DNA from: an uncultured Gemmatimonadales bacterium
GTDB taxonomy: Bacteria > Gemmatimonadota > Gemmatimonadetes > Gemmatimonadales > GWC2-71-9
Assembly (NCBI GenBank): GCA_963798915.1
Contig: CAWCVB010000015.1
Coordinates: 1-64,000 of the forward strand
DNA: 64,000 bases
Direction of reading: 5' to 3'
Shown here piece by piece: positions 1 through 10,990 of the stretch (position 1 is its first letter; each line of letters opens with the position of its first letter). The notes below the pieces were generated by a model that worked only from the letters and a program-made list of their open reading frames with translations, searched no databases and was not told where the DNA came from. The position numbers and the translations under genes were made by a program.

Positions 1-204
1 CACGGCAAGCAGAGCGCCGAGAATGGCGAGATGGTCATCGCGCTCGTCAATGGTACTGAGGCAACCGTCAAGAAGTTCTATCGTGAAGCGGGCGGCTGGA
101 TCCGGTTGCAGCCCGCCAATGCGGCCATGCAGCCCATGCGATTCCAGGAACGGGATGTCCTCATCCAGGGCGTAGTGGTCGGCGTGATTCGCAAGTACAC
201 CTAA
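1..204 (+). CDS. lexA: LexA repressor, C-terminal part (5' truncated by window edge)
   Basis: Manual translation of frame 1: ...AENGEMVIALVNGTEATVKKFYREAGGWIRLQPANAAMQPM...IQGVVVGVIRKYT*, the S24 peptidase domain (ATVKK, RLQPAN). Confidence 0.88.
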   Translation, partial: HGKQSAENGEMVIALVNGTEATVKKFYREAGGWIRLQPANAAMQPMRFQERDVLIQGVVVGVIRKYT

Positions 205-1244
205 CCTGCGGCCGGTGCCGCCGCACGCAGCCGGCTGAGCGCCGCCAGCGCGGCGCCAGACTCGAGGGCCGCCCGAGCCCGGGTCGCGCCTTCCTCCAGC
301 GTACAACTGTCATCAGCGACACTGATAGCCACGGCAGCGTTCAGCAGAACCGCAGCCTTCTCCACCGCCGACCCACGCCCCTTGAGCAGCGCTTCCAGTC
401 TGCGGGCGTTATGCGCAGGGTCACCGCCTTCCAGGCCGCTCAGCGAATCCGCCGCCAATCCCAGTGTCGCAGGATCAACCGTGTGCTCGGTGATGCCGCC
501 GTTGGCGACCTCCCAGACATGGGAATGGCCGACGGGACTCATTTCGTCCATTCCGACCTCCGCATGCACCACGATCGCGCGCCGGGTGCCGAGTTCCAGC
601 AACGCCTCGGCGAGCAGCGGTGCACGATTCCGGTCGGCCACGCCCACCACCTGCCGGCCCGCACCGGCTGGATTGACCAGGGGCCCGAGCAGATTCATGA
701 TGGTCGGCGTCGAAAGTTCGCGTCGGGTCGGCGCGAGGTAGCGCATCGCCGGATGGAAAGTCGGTGCAAACAGGAAGACGATTCCCGCCTGCGCGAGCAC
801 TGCGCCTGCAGCCTTCGGCGACAGCTCGATGTTGATGCCCAGCTGTTCCAGCACATCCGCCGAGCCGGAGCGGGACGTGTAGCTGCGGTTGCCATGCTTG
901 GCGACAGCGATGCCGCTCCCGGCGGCGACGAACGCAGCGGCTGTGGAAAGATTCAGCGTCGTCACGGCACCACCGCCAGTACCGCAGGTATCCAGGAGAT
1001 CGCCGGGGCTGGAGCTCGAGACCCGTCGCATCCGGGCACGAAGCGCGTCGGCCGCGCCGGCCAGTTCCAGCGCCGTCTCGCCCCGGGCGCGAAGACCCAT
1101 CAGCAGGGCCCCCGCCTGTGCCGCTGTGCCGCCTCCCTGCACGAGGACGCCAAACGCCGCCGCACTCTCCGCGCGCGAGAGCGGCTCGCCGAAGGCAAGC
1201 TTCTGGAGCGCGGCGCGAAGAGCATCGTCGGCGAGAGCGGTCAC
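201..1244 (-). CDS. trpD: Anthranilate phosphoribosyltransferase
   Basis: DTCGTGG, NLST, KHGNRSYTSRSGSADVLE motifs. Confidence 0.95.
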   Translation of the reverse strand: MTALADDALRAALQKLAFGEPLSRAESAAAFGVLVQGGGTAAQAGALLMGLRARGETALELAGAADALRARMRRVSSSSPGDLLDTCGTGGGAVTTLNLSTAAAFVAAGSGIAVAKHGNRSYTSRSGSADVLEQLGINIELSPKAAGAVLAQAGIVFLFAPTFHPAMRYLAPTRRELSTPTIMNLLGPLVNPAGAGRQVVGVADRNRAPLLAEALLELGTRRAIVVHAEVGMDEMSPVGHSHVWEVANGGITEHTVDPATLGLAADSLSGLEGGDPAHNARRLEALLKGRGSAVEKAAVLLNAAVAISVADDSCTLEEGATRARAALESGAALAALSRLRAAAPAAG

Positions 1245-1278
1245 TGACTGGAAGTCCGGGCCTGGGAATCGGGCCGGA

Positions 1279-1334
1279 AGCGTAGCGATGAAATTGACGT
1301 TTTGTCAATTCTGACAAGCAGTTGCACTGCTTGT
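1279..1334. promoter_or_regulatory. Divergent trpD/truA promoter region with two perfect palindromes; minus-strand TTGACA-N18-TACGCT
   Basis: AATTGAC-N5-GTCAATT at 1292-1310; ACAAGCAGT-N3-ACTGCTTGT at 1314-1334. Confidence 0.45.
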
Positions 1335-1366
1335 TCGGGGTGCGCCAGACGGCTAGATTGCGGCAG

Positions 1367-2164
1367 ATGAACCGGACCTTTCTCGCGGTGCTCCAGTTCG
1401 ACGGGCGTGGCTTCCAAGGCTGGCAGCGCCAGGCCACGGGACGCACCGTGCAGGGCGAGGTGGAGCAGGTCCTGACGCGCCTTGCCGGACATCCGGTGGC
1501 CGCCTGTGCGGCCGGCCGTACTGATGCCGGGGTGCATGCCGAAGCCCTCGGCGTCAGTTTTTCCCTCCCCGAGCGCTGGAGCGCGCCTGAACTCCGTCGC
1601 GCCGTCAATGCCCTGCTTCCCCACGATTGCTGGACCGTTTCGGTCCACCCCATGGCCGACGGCTTTCAGGCGCGCCGCAGCGCCCTGTTCCGGCGGTATC
1701 GCTATGTGATCGGGACCGACGAGCACTCCGCCTCGCCCTTTCGACGACCGTTTGAATGGGCCCTGCGTCGTCCCCTCAACCTCGACCTGCTCAACGCCTG
1801 CGCGAGCCACCTCGCCGGCGAGCACGACTTCGAGGCGTTCAGTGTCCGCGGCCAGCCGCGACTGCATCACCGATGCACCATCGAGATGGCGGACTGGCGG
1901 CCCCGCCCGGCCAACCGCGGCGTCGAGTTTCGGGTGCAGGCCAACCGCTTCCTGCATCACATGGTTCGCATGCTGGTCGGTACCATGGTTGAGATCGGGC
2001 TGGAGCGCCGACCAGCCGCCGACTTTCCGCGCCTGCTCGGGTGCAGTGACAACCAGGAAACCAGCGCACCGGCACCAGCACACGGCCTCTATTTCGCGCA
2101 GGTCGGCTACCCAGCGTCCGCCTATCTCAGCGAGGAAGCGAGCCATGCGGCGGCATCGGTCTAG
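1367..2164 (+). CDS. truA: tRNA pseudouridine(38-40) synthase
   Basis: FDGRGFQGWQRQ, AGRTDAGVHA, FLHHMVR, APAHGLY; ATG 1367 chosen. Confidence 0.95.
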   Translation: MNRTFLAVLQFDGRGFQGWQRQATGRTVQGEVEQVLTRLAGHPVAACAAGRTDAGVHAEALGVSFSLPERWSAPELRRAVNALLPHDCWTVSVHPMADGFQARRSALFRRYRYVIGTDEHSASPFRRPFEWALRRPLNLDLLNACASHLAGEHDFEAFSVRGQPRLHHRCTIEMADWRPRPANRGVEFRVQANRFLHHMVRMLVGTMVEIGLERRPAADFPRLLGCSDNQETSAPAPAHGLYFAQVGYPASAYLSEEASHAAASV

Positions 2165-3587
2165 GCGCGGCGCGCTCGCCGCCCTCGGTGTCACCGCGTT
2201 GGCCTTGGCCGCGTGCCGGCGTGATGCGCCCCAGGACCCTGGCCTGACACTCACGAGTGCCGGTGCGGTCCAGCATCAGGCGGCGGTTCGCGCCGCTGGC
2301 GATGCGGTGAGCGAAAGCCGTCGCACCGCACTGGTGGATGCAGTGCAGCACGTCAGTCCGGCGGTGGTCTCGATCAATGTCACGTCACGCCAGCGCATCA
2401 ACCCGCGAAGTGCCTGGGACATGTTCTTCATTCCGCAGGGCACCGAGCGCACGGTACAGAGTTTCGGCACCGGCATCCTGATCCGTCCGGATGGCCTCAT
2501 TCTGACCAACCAGCACGTCGTGGCGGGCGGTCAATCGATCACGGTCACGCTTGGCGACGGCCGAAGCTTCGAGGGCCGGGTGCTGGGAGAAGATCCGCTG
2601 ACCGACATCGCCGTGGTCAAGGTGAATGGCTCACATTTTCCGGTGGCCGCAGTCGGCCAGAGCACCGACCTCATGATCGGCGAGTGGGTCGTGGCGCTGG
2701 GCAACCCCTACGTGTACATGCTCGGCAATTCATCACCGACCGTCACGGTCGGTGTGGTAAGTGCTACCGGGCGCAACATCCTGCCGTCCACCGAACAGCC
2801 GGGACTCTATTTGGACATGATCCAGACCGACGCGGCCATCAATCCGGGCAACTCCGGCGGTCCCCTGGTCAACGCGCTGGGCGAAGTGGTCGGCATCAAT
2901 TCCTCCATCTTCACCAGCTCCGGTGGATCCATCGGCCTCGGGTTTGCCATTCCCATCGAGCGCGCCGTGCGGGTTGCGGATGAAATCGTTCGCACCGGAA
3001 GCGTGCGGCGCGCCTGGACCGGCCTTGATGTGAGCGGACCACAGCAGGCCGGCGACTGGCGCTCGCAGGGCGGCGTGAGGATTTCCTCGGTCTCGCCGGG
3101 AGGTCCGGCGTCCAAGGCCGGCCTCGCCGTGGGCGATGTGCTGCTGAGCGCCAACGGACGTGAGCTCCACAATTATCTCGACTGGGAATCCGTGAAGCTG
3201 GACCTGCACGTAGGCGATGGCCTCGACGTGGAGGTCGAGAATGGCGCGCGCCGGTCGAAACATCATCTCGTCACCGGCGACCTTCCGACGACCACCGCGC
3301 CAAAGGTCACGGTGTTGCGTGATCTGGAACTGGTGACGGTGACGCCGGCCGTGCAGGCGGAACGGGGACTGCGGGTGAGTCAGGGTGCCCTGATCTTCCG
3401 GATCAGTGATCCCGTGGCACGCGCCACCGGACTGCAGGCGGGTGACGTGCTGATCGGCATCAACAGCCTTCGCGTTCGCGATGCGGACCAGGTGGCGGAA
3501 GCCCTGCGCGCTATCCCGCCCGGGCAACCGTTCCGCCTGACCTACGCGCGGGGAAACTACTATGACTCGGTCACGCTCACCTTCTGA
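2145..3587 (+). CDS. HtrA/DegP-family serine protease with two PDZ domains, probable lipoprotein
   Basis: TNQHVV, DIAV, QTDAAINPGNSGGPL catalytic motifs; LAAC lipobox-like signal. Confidence 0.92.
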   Translation: MRRHRSRRGALAALGVTALALAACRRDAPQDPGLTLTSAGAVQHQAAVRAAGDAVSESRRTALVDAVQHVSPAVVSINVTSRQRINPRSAWDMFFIPQGTERTVQSFGTGILIRPDGLILTNQHVVAGGQSITVTLGDGRSFEGRVLGEDPLTDIAVVKVNGSHFPVAAVGQSTDLMIGEWVVALGNPYVYMLGNSSPTVTVGVVSATGRNILPSTEQPGLYLDMIQTDAAINPGNSGGPLVNALGEVVGINSSIFTSSGGSIGLGFAIPIERAVRVADEIVRTGSVRRAWTGLDVSGPQQAGDWRSQGGVRISSVSPGGPASKAGLAVGDVLLSANGRELHNYLDWESVKLDLHVGDGLDVEVENGARRSKHHLVTGDLPTTTAPKVTVLRDLELVTVTPAVQAERGLRVSQGALIFRISDPVARATGLQAGDVLIGINSLRVRDADQVAEALRAIPPGQPFRLTYARGNYYDSVTLTF

Positions 3588-5026
3588 TGACTGACGAACG
3601 CTACCGCTCTCCGCTGGGCACGCGCTACGCCTCGCCCGCCATGCAGCGGCTGTGGGGCGATCGCCACCGGGTGGGCCTCTGGCGCCAGCTCTGGCTCACG
3701 CTTGCCGAGGTGGAACAGGAACTGGGCGTTGCCATTCCGGACGCCGCGATCGCTGCGATCCGGGCCCACCTCGACGACGCCGACCTCGCCGCCGCGGCGG
3801 GCTACGAGCGCCGCTTTCGGCACGACGTCATGGCGCATGTCCACCATTTGGGCGACCAGGCGCCAGACGCGCGCGCCTTTGTCCACCTCGGTGCCACGAG
3901 CTGCTTCGTCACTGACAACGCCGACTGCATGATCCTGCGGGACTCGCTGCGCCTCATCCTGGGCCGGTTGCTTGCGGCTATCGAATTACTGGCGGGCTTC
4001 GCCGACCGGCATGCGGCGCAGCCGTGCCTGGCCTATACCCATTTCCAGCCTGCCCAGCTCACCACGGTGGGCAAGCGCGCGACGCTGTGGCTTCAGGATC
4101 TTGCGCTCGATGCTGAAGAAGTGGCGCACCGCCTCCGCACCCTGCGCGCGCGCGGCTGCAAGGGCACCACCGGTACGCAGGCCAGCTTCCTGGAGCTTCT
4201 CGGCGGTAACGATGCGAAGGTGCGGGAGCTGGACGCGCGTGTGACGCATCGAATGGGCTTCCAGAGCGCCTTTGCCGTCACCGGGCAGACATACAGTCGC
4301 AAGCAGGACGCCATGGTCCTCGACTGCCTCTCCGGCGTGGCCCAGTCCGCGGCCAAGATGGCCGGCGACCTCCGGCTGCTCCAGCACGAGGGCGAACTGC
4401 TCGAGCCGTTCGAGAGCGACCAGATTGGCTCGAGCGCCATGGCCTACAAGCGGAACCCCATGCGCGCCGAGCGCATTGGCGCACTCGCCCGGTTCGTGAT
4501 CTCGCTGCAGGCCAACGGCGCCCACACGGCAGCCGCGCAGTGGCTGGAGCGGACGCTGGACGACAGCGCCAATCGCCGCCTGACCCTTCCGGAGGCCTTC
4601 CTCGGGGTCGATGCCATCCTGATCCTCCTCACCAATATCGTCGCGGGCCTGGAAGTGAGGGAGAACGTCATTGCGCAGCATGTGGCAGCGCAAATGCCCT
4701 TCATGGCCACCGAGCGATGGCTGATGCTGGGAGTCGGGAGCGGGGGCGATCGGCAGGCGCTGCATGAAGTGGTGCGGCGTCACTCCATGGCCGTCGCGGA
4801 GGCGGTGGCTACGGGTGAGCCGAACGACCTGCTGGAGCGATTGAGCGCTGATGCCGCGTTTGCCGGCGTGCCAGGCGAGCTGCTCCGCGCCGAACTGCAG
4901 CCGGCGCGGTACACTGGCCGTTCCGAGGCGCAGGTACACGAGTTCCTGCGCGAAGTCATTCAGCCCTTGCTGGACGAGCTTCGGCCGCTCGCTGCAGCGG
5001 CGCAGGCCGCTGAGATCCTGGTATGA
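3587..5026 (+). CDS. purB: Adenylosuccinate lyase
   Basis: RHDVMAH, HLGATS, GSSAMAYKRNP signature. Confidence 0.95.
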   Translation: MTDERYRSPLGTRYASPAMQRLWGDRHRVGLWRQLWLTLAEVEQELGVAIPDAAIAAIRAHLDDADLAAAAGYERRFRHDVMAHVHHLGDQAPDARAFVHLGATSCFVTDNADCMILRDSLRLILGRLLAAIELLAGFADRHAAQPCLAYTHFQPAQLTTVGKRATLWLQDLALDAEEVAHRLRTLRARGCKGTTGTQASFLELLGGNDAKVRELDARVTHRMGFQSAFAVTGQTYSRKQDAMVLDCLSGVAQSAAKMAGDLRLLQHEGELLEPFESDQIGSSAMAYKRNPMRAERIGALARFVISLQANGAHTAAAQWLERTLDDSANRRLTLPEAFLGVDAILILLTNIVAGLEVRENVIAQHVAAQMPFMATERWLMLGVGSGGDRQALHEVVRRHSMAVAEAVATGEPNDLLERLSADAAFAGVPGELLRAELQPARYTGRSEAQVHEFLREVIQPLLDELRPLAAAAQAAEILV

Positions 5027-5937
5027 GCATCATGACGCGCAGCGTGCTCCCCCTGCCGATGCTCCGCCGCGGGAAGGTCCGCGAAGTGTACGCGGTTGGC
5101 GACGACCAGGTGCTGCTGGTCGCCAGCGACCGGGTCAGTGCGTTCGATGTCGTCATGAACGAGGCGATCCCCTTCAAGGGCGCCGTGCTGACGCAGTTGA
5201 GTGCCTGGTGGTTCCAGCAACTGGCGGACGTCACCCCGTCGCACTTCATCACGGCGGAGGCGCGCGAGATCATCGCTCGGGTTCCCTCCCTGACCGAGCA
5301 TGTGCAGAGCGTGGCAGGTCGCGCCATGCTGGTCCGCCGCACCTTTCCATTGGCGTTCGAGTGCGTGGTGCGTGGCTATCTCGCCGGGTCGGCGTGGGCC
5401 GAGTATCGCGAGCATGCCACGCTCGCAGGCGAGCCGATGCCGCCCGGGCTGGTGCAAAGCTCGCAGCTGAGTCCACCAATCTTTTCGCCCGCCACCAAAG
5501 CGGAATCGGGACACGACGAGAACGTGCCGATCAGCCGACTCGAATCCGTGCTGGGGCGGGCAATGACCGAGCGCCTGCGGGCCACGAGTCTGGCCGTGTA
5601 TGAGGCCGGCCGGCGGGTCGCGGCGGCAAACGGCATCATCCTGGCCGACACCAAGTTCGAGTTCGGAGCGGCACTTAATGGCGAGCTGCTGCTGATCGAT
5701 GAGGTCCTGACGCCGGACTCTTCGCGCTTCTGGCCCGCTGACCGCTACCAGCCCGGCCGAGCTCAGCCCAGCTTCGACAAGCAGCCCTTGCGAGACTGGC
5801 TGGCCGAGGAGCGGGGCGCCGGCCGGTGGAACGGGGAGGCGCCGCCTCCCTCCCTCCCTCCCGAAGTCGTGCAGGCCACCAGTGAGCGCTACCTGGACGC
5901 GTACCGGCGCCTGACCGGCCGGGAGCTCGAGCGCTGA
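5023..5937 (+). CDS. purC: SAICAR synthetase
   Basis: GKVREVY, SDRVSAFD, ADTKFEFG, DEVLTPDSSRFW. Confidence 0.96.
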   Translation: MSIMTRSVLPLPMLRRGKVREVYAVGDDQVLLVASDRVSAFDVVMNEAIPFKGAVLTQLSAWWFQQLADVTPSHFITAEAREIIARVPSLTEHVQSVAGRAMLVRRTFPLAFECVVRGYLAGSAWAEYREHATLAGEPMPPGLVQSSQLSPPIFSPATKAESGHDENVPISRLESVLGRAMTERLRATSLAVYEAGRRVAAANGIILADTKFEFGAALNGELLLIDEVLTPDSSRFWPADRYQPGRAQPSFDKQPLRDWLAEERGAGRWNGEAPPPSLPPEVVQATSERYLDAYRRLTGRELER

Positions 5938-6563
5938 TGCGGATCGCACCTGAGGGCTGGCCCTTCATCGGCGCATCGCTGCTGATCCTCGTCCTCCTCT
6001 GGGCAGTTGGTCCGATCGCGCTTGCCATCTTCTGGCTGCTGGTGACCCTGTGGGTCGTGGCCTTCTTCCGCGATCCGCAGCCGAGCGGTGTGCCGGCGCC
6101 GGGACTCCTGCTGGCGCCGGCGGACGGCAAGGTGGTCAGCATCATCGAGACGGACGAGCCGACGTTCTTCGGCAATCGCGCGCTCCGGATCTCGATCTTC
6201 ATGAATGTCTTCGATTGTCACGTGAACCGGTATCCGGCGCCGGGGGTGGTGCAGTATCGCCACTACCAGGCAGGACGGTTCGGTCACGCGGCCGAGGAGA
6301 AGGCCAGCCTGGACAACGAGCAGTCCAGTGTGGGTGTCGAGACGCCACAAGGCCGCATGCTGGTCCGCCAGATCGCCGGTCTGGTGGCGCGGCGCATCGT
6401 CACCGACCACGCCGTCGGCGCGATCGTCACGCAGGGCGAACGCCTCGGCATGATACGATTCGGATCGCGCGTGGACCTCTTCCTTCCGGTGGGCACACCG
6501 GTGCGTGTGCGGGTTGGAGACCGGACGCGGGTGGCTCGAACCGTGGTGGCCGCATGGAACTGA
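5937..6563 (+). CDS. psd: Phosphatidylserine decarboxylase proenzyme
   Basis: FFRDP, APADG, HVNRYP, IRFGSRVD self-cleavage motif. Confidence 0.93.
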   Translation: MRIAPEGWPFIGASLLILVLLWAVGPIALAIFWLLVTLWVVAFFRDPQPSGVPAPGLLLAPADGKVVSIIETDEPTFFGNRALRISIFMNVFDCHVNRYPAPGVVQYRHYQAGRFGHAAEEKASLDNEQSSVGVETPQGRMLVRQIAGLVARRIVTDHAVGAIVTQGERLGMIRFGSRVDLFLPVGTPVRVRVGDRTRVARTVVAAWN

Positions 6564-7396
6564 CCGACGATCCACGCCCGCCGCGCCGCGGTGTCCGGCG
6601 CGTCGTGATCGTGATGCCGAGCGCATTCACGCTGGCCAACCTGTTTTTCGGCCTCTGGTCGATGGTGTGGGCGTCACAAGGGCGGTTCGCGTGGGCCGGC
6701 TGGTTTATCGTCTTTGCCGGGATTCTTGACATGCTGGACGGCCGCATGGCGCGGATGTCAAACACCGGTTCGCGGTTCGGGGCGGAGCTCGATTCGCTGG
6801 TCGACGTGGTGTCGTTCGGCGTGGCGCCGGCCATGCTGCTGTACTTTGTCGAGTTCCATTCAGCCGGGCGGTTCGGCTGGCTGATCTGCTACCTCTACGT
6901 GGTTGCCGTGGCGCTGCGGCTCGCCCGGTACAACGTTTCGGCCTCCGCGAAGCCCACGCCAGGCTGGTTCACTGGACTGCCCTCGCCCGCCGCCGGGATG
7001 ACGGCAGCCACATATTTTCCGTTCAGCCAGACCGAGTGGTACCAGCGGACCATGCTGTACCTGAACTTCGAGCAGCAGGGGCTGGTGGTCCTCCTCCTGC
7101 TGCTGTCGGTGCTCATGGTGAGCAACGTCAAGTATCCGCGCTTCCCGCCCATCGGATTCCGGAGTGGCGCGGGCATCGGCGGCTCGCTCTTCCTGCTGAT
7201 CGTGCTACTGGGAAGCATCACCGCGCCTGCGTCGTTTCTTTTTCCGCTCGGCATTGTCTATCTGGCCTTTGGCATCATTCGCTCGACGGTGCTTGGCTTC
7301 ATGCAGCCCGGTGACGACCTTGACGCGAATGGCTGGCGTACCCACAACCGGGGCAGCGCCCCGTGGCGCCGGCGGCGCCAGGAACCACCCTCATGA
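6554..7396 (+). CDS. pssA: CDP-diacylglycerol--serine O-phosphatidyltransferase
   Basis: DMLDGRMAR...FGAELDSLVDVVSFGVAP CDP-alcohol motif; follows psd. Confidence 0.92.
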   Translation: MELTDDPRPPRRGVRRVVIVMPSAFTLANLFFGLWSMVWASQGRFAWAGWFIVFAGILDMLDGRMARMSNTGSRFGAELDSLVDVVSFGVAPAMLLYFVEFHSAGRFGWLICYLYVVAVALRLARYNVSASAKPTPGWFTGLPSPAAGMTAATYFPFSQTEWYQRTMLYLNFEQQGLVVLLLLLSVLMVSNVKYPRFPPIGFRSGAGIGGSLFLLIVLLGSITAPASFLFPLGIVYLAFGIIRSTVLGFMQPGDDLDANGWRTHNRGSAPWRRRRQEPPS

Positions 7397-7644
7397 GCTA
7401 TCGGGTCCATGTCCGGGTCATGCCCCGCAAGGGGCTCCTCGATCCGCAAGGCCAGGCGGTCGAGCACGCCCTGGCGACGCTCGGCTATCCGGCACTGGAT
7501 GCCGTGCGGATCGGGCGTGCCATCGAGCTTGGCGTGGAGGCCGGCAATGCGGCCGAGGCCGAGGCGCTGGCCCGCGACATGTGCCAGCGGGTGCTGGCCA
7601 ATCCTGTGACGGAGGACTTTGAAGTCTCCGTTGAGGGGGGCTGA
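7393..7644 (+). CDS. purS: FGAM synthase subunit PurS
   Basis: LDPQG, LANPVTED. Confidence 0.95.
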   Translation: MSYRVHVRVMPRKGLLDPQGQAVEHALATLGYPALDAVRIGRAIELGVEAGNAAEAEALARDMCQRVLANPVTEDFEVSVEGG

Positions 7645-8360
7645 TGCTGCGCATTGCGGTGCTGCGCTTCCCGGGCATCAACTGTGAGGAAGAGACCCTC
7701 CGCGCAGGCCAGCGCATCGGTGCCGAAGCGACCTACGTGTGGCACCGGGACCGCGACCTTGGCGGGGCCGACGCCGTAATCATTCCGGGCGGGTTCAGCT
7801 ATGGCGACTACCTGCGCGCCGGGGCCATTGCGCGGTTCAGCCCGATCATGGCCGCGATCCGCGCGCACGCCGAGGCCGGCGGCCCGGTACTGGGGATCTG
7901 CAACGGGTTCCAGATTCTCTGCGAGGCGCACTTGCTGCCGGGGGCGCTGCTCAGGAATCATCGGCTTCGCTTTGTCTCGCGGCCGGCGCAGTGCGTGGTG
8001 GAGCAGACCGGTACACCGTTCACCAATGCCTACGCCAGCGGCCAGGCGCTCAACCTGCCCGTCGCGCATGGGGACGGGCGCTACGTGGCGGATGTGGACA
8101 CACTTCGCATGCTCGAGGCCGAGGGCCGGGTCGTGCTGCGTTATGCGACGGACGACGACAATCCCAACGGCGCCATGGCCAACATCGCCGGCATCATGAA
8201 TGCCACGGGCAATGTCGTGGGCATCATGCCCCATCCAGAACGCGCCGCCGATCCGTTGCTTGGCAATGTCGACGGCGCCGGCTTCTTCACTTCCATCGCC
8301 GACTGGTATGCCATGCACCAGCCGGCCATCCGTTCCACTCCGCGAGCCCGAGAATCATGA
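7644..8360 (+). CDS. purQ: FGAM synthase glutaminase subunit
   Basis: PGGFSYGDYLR, GICNGFQ, MPHPER. Confidence 0.96.
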   Translation: MLRIAVLRFPGINCEEETLRAGQRIGAEATYVWHRDRDLGGADAVIIPGGFSYGDYLRAGAIARFSPIMAAIRAHAEAGGPVLGICNGFQILCEAHLLPGALLRNHRLRFVSRPAQCVVEQTGTPFTNAYASGQALNLPVAHGDGRYVADVDTLRMLEAEGRVVLRYATDDDNPNGAMANIAGIMNATGNVVGIMPHPERAADPLLGNVDGAGFFTSIADWYAMHQPAIRSTPRARES

Positions 8361-8686
8361 CCGAGAAGCCCAGCCACAACGAAGAGGAATACTTTGCCCT
8401 CCAGGACGCCGAGCTGATGCAGGCGGAGCGCACGCGCCTCACGGAAGAGCGTGCAGCGGCGGAGCGGCGCCTGCACCTGATGAAGTGTCCCAAGGACGGG
8501 TTCGATCTCACCAGCCGGGAGTACCACGGGGTCACCATCGAAACATGTGACCACTGCGGGGGAATGTGGCTGGACGCCAACGAACTGGAGCAGATTGCGG
8601 GCTCGAGCGACCGCCCTGGCTTGCTCGCGCGGGTGTTCAGCGACGTCATGACCACGCTCCGAAGCCGGAGAGACGAGCGTGCCTGA
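8357..8686 (+). CDS. Small Zn-ribbon protein (zf-TFIIB-like)
   Basis: [13 protein letters not shown]...MKCPKDG...[17 protein letters not shown]; overlaps purQ stop and purL start. Confidence 0.8.
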   Translation: MTEKPSHNEEEYFALQDAELMQAERTRLTEERAAAERRLHLMKCPKDGFDLTSREYHGVTIETCDHCGGMWLDANELEQIAGSSDRPGLLARVFSDVMTTLRSRRDERA

Positions 8687-10958
8687 GGCGTTTGCGACCC
8701 AGGCATCCCCGGTCTCGCGCGAGGGCGAGCCGGCCATCACGGCCGAGCTGGTGCGCGAGCACAATCTCAATGAACTGGAGTATGAGCGGATCGTCGAGAT
8801 GCTCGGCCGCGCACCCACCTTCACCGAACTGGGCATCTTTTCAGCCCTCTGGAGCGAGCACTGCTCCTACAAGCACTCGAAACCGGTGCTCCGGCGCTTT
8901 CCCACCACCGGACCCCAGGTGATTCAAGGACCTGGCGAAAACGCCGGCGTCCTCCGGCTGCCCGGTGGCTGGGCGGTGGCGTTCAAGGTGGAGTCGCACA
9001 ACCATCCTTCCGCCGTGGAACCATACCAGGGCGCGGCTACCGGCGTCGGCGGCATCCTTCGCGACGTGTTCACGATGGGCGCGAGACCGGTCGCGCTGCT
9101 GAACAGCCTGCGATTCGGCCCGCTCGACCTGCCGCGCAACCGCTACCTGCTTGCGGGTGTGGTCCGTGGGGTCGGTGACTACGGCAATTGTGTCGGAGTG
9201 CCAACGTTGGGCGGTGAAGTCGGGTTCGCGCCGGGATACACCGGCAATCCGCTGGTGAACGCGATGTGCGTCGGGCTCCTGCGGGAAAGCGACCTGATGC
9301 GGGCCAAAGCCGAAGGCGTGGGCAATGTGCTGCTGGCGGTGGGCGCGCGCACCGGTCGGGACGGCATACACGGCGCCAGCTTCGCGTCGGAAGAATTGAG
9401 CGAGAAGAGCGAGGCGCGACGACCCCAGGTCCAGGTCGGAGACCCATTCACCGAAAAGCTGCTGCTGGAGGCAAGTCTCGAGTTAATCACGTCCGGCCTG
9501 ATCGTCGGCATCCAGGACATGGGTGCCGCCGGACTCACCAGTTCGTCGGCGGAAATGGCGGACCGGGGCGGCGTCGGCGTGGACATCGATACCGGGCTCG
9601 TGCCCACCCGTGAGCCCGAGATGAGCCCATACGAAATCCTCCTGTCGGAATCCCAGGAGCGAATGCTGGTGGTGGCCGAGCCGGCCAGCGTGCCAGGCAT
9701 TCAGGCCATCTGCGAGAAGTGGGAGCTGCATGCCACTCCCATCGGGCATGTGACCGACGACGGCATGTATCGCGTCAGGCACCATGGCACCGTGGTGGCC
9801 GCCATCCCCGGTACCCGGCTGGTGGAAGAGTGCCCAATCTACGAGCCGGAGGCGCGGGAGGCGGCGGACGCCGTTACCCGGCGCATGGCGCGCCCGGCCG
9901 AGCCGTCGCCCTATTCACCGGAGGATGCGCTGGTCCGCCTGCTCGATGCGCCGAACATCGCGAGCAAGCGTTGGATCTACGAGCAGTATGACACGACCGT
10001 CAAGGCGACCACCGTGCTGCCGCCCGGCGGAGATGCCGGCGTGATCATGGTGCCCGGAGCCGGATTCGGCATTGCCATGACACTTGACTGCAATGCGCGG
10101 CTCGTGGCCCTCGATCCGTACGAAGGCGGCAAGGCGACGGTGGCCGAGGCAGCCCGCAATATTGCATGCACTGGGGCGGAGCCCCTCGGCATCACCGACT
10201 GCCTGAATTTCGGAAACCCGGAGAAGCCCGACGTATTCTTCCAGTTCGCCGAAGCCTGTCGCGGAATCTCCGACGCCTGCCGGGTATTTGGGACGCCCGT
10301 CACTGGCGGCAATGTTTCGTTCTACAATGAAAGCCCCACCGGAGTGGTCTATCCCACGCCGACGGTCGGCATGGTGGGCCTGCTGCCCGATGTCACGCAG
10401 CGAGTGCCCAGCCATTTCCAGAATGAGGGTGATGTCATCTTCATTGCGGGACGCACGACGGGCAATCTTGGCGGTTCGTCGTACTGGGCTGAGTTGCTGG
10501 ACTTCGTGGGCGGAACGGCGCCAGTAGTGGACCTCGAGGCCGAGCGAGCCCTGCAGCAATTTCTGGTCGCGGCGGCGCGCGCCGGCCTGCTGCGCTCGGC
10601 GCATGACTGCGCCGAAGGCGGGCTGGCCGTTGCGCTCGCCGAAGCGGCGATGGGCGGGCCCTGGCAAGACCATCCGCTGGGCGGCACGGTCGATCTCGCC
10701 GGCTACGGCGATCCCATGGATCCCACGAGCTTGCTCTACGCGGAGGATGGCGCACGCGCCGTCCTGAGCGCGCAGCCGCTCCATGCGCGGGACCTCAAGA
10801 CGCTGGCAGGCGACTTGGGCGTGCCCCTCCACCAGGCGGGCACTGTACGGCCGGAAGGTGAAGCGCTGACCATCGTGCTGGCGGCCCAGCGCCTTTCCTG
10901 GAGCGTGGCTGGCCTTCGCCAGGCCTATTTTGAAGCTATTCCGCGGCGCATGGCCTAG
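8679..10958 (+). CDS. purL: FGAM synthase subunit PurL
   Basis: [34 protein letters not shown]. Confidence 0.97.
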   Translation: MPEAFATQASPVSREGEPAITAELVREHNLNELEYERIVEMLGRAPTFTELGIFSALWSEHCSYKHSKPVLRRFPTTGPQVIQGPGENAGVLRLPGGWAVAFKVESHNHPSAVEPYQGAATGVGGILRDVFTMGARPVALLNSLRFGPLDLPRNRYLLAGVVRGVGDYGNCVGVPTLGGEVGFAPGYTGNPLVNAMCVGLLRESDLMRAKAEGVGNVLLAVGARTGRDGIHGASFASEELSEKSEARRPQVQVGDPFTEKLLLEASLELITSGLIVGIQDMGAAGLTSSSAEMADRGGVGVDIDTGLVPTREPEMSPYEILLSESQERMLVVAEPASVPGIQAICEKWELHATPIGHVTDDGMYRVRHHGTVVAAIPGTRLVEECPIYEPEAREAADAVTRRMARPAEPSPYSPEDALVRLLDAPNIASKRWIYEQYDTTVKATTVLPPGGDAGVIMVPGAGFGIAMTLDCNARLVALDPYEGGKATVAEAARNIACTGAEPLGITDCLNFGNPEKPDVFFQFAEACRGISDACRVFGTPVTGGNVSFYNESPTGVVYPTPTVGMVGLLPDVTQRVPSHFQNEGDVIFIAGRTTGNLGGSSYWAELLDFVGGTAPVVDLEAERALQQFLVAAARAGLLRSAHDCAEGGLAVALAEAAMGGPWQDHPLGGTVDLAGYGDPMDPTSLLYAEDGARAVLSAQPLHARDLKTLAGDLGVPLHQAGTVRPEGEALTIVLAAQRLSWSVAGLRQAYFEAIPRRMA

Positions 10959-10990
10959 CGCCGCCATTTGAGTGATGGGAGTCTGATTAC

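Noticed and set aside
1752..2144. N-terminal extensions in the ORF track (htrA; also pssA, cdsA, dusB, larB, GxxExxY, ABC ATPase)
   Set aside because: They overlap neighbouring genes or promoters; downstream starts match family N-termini.
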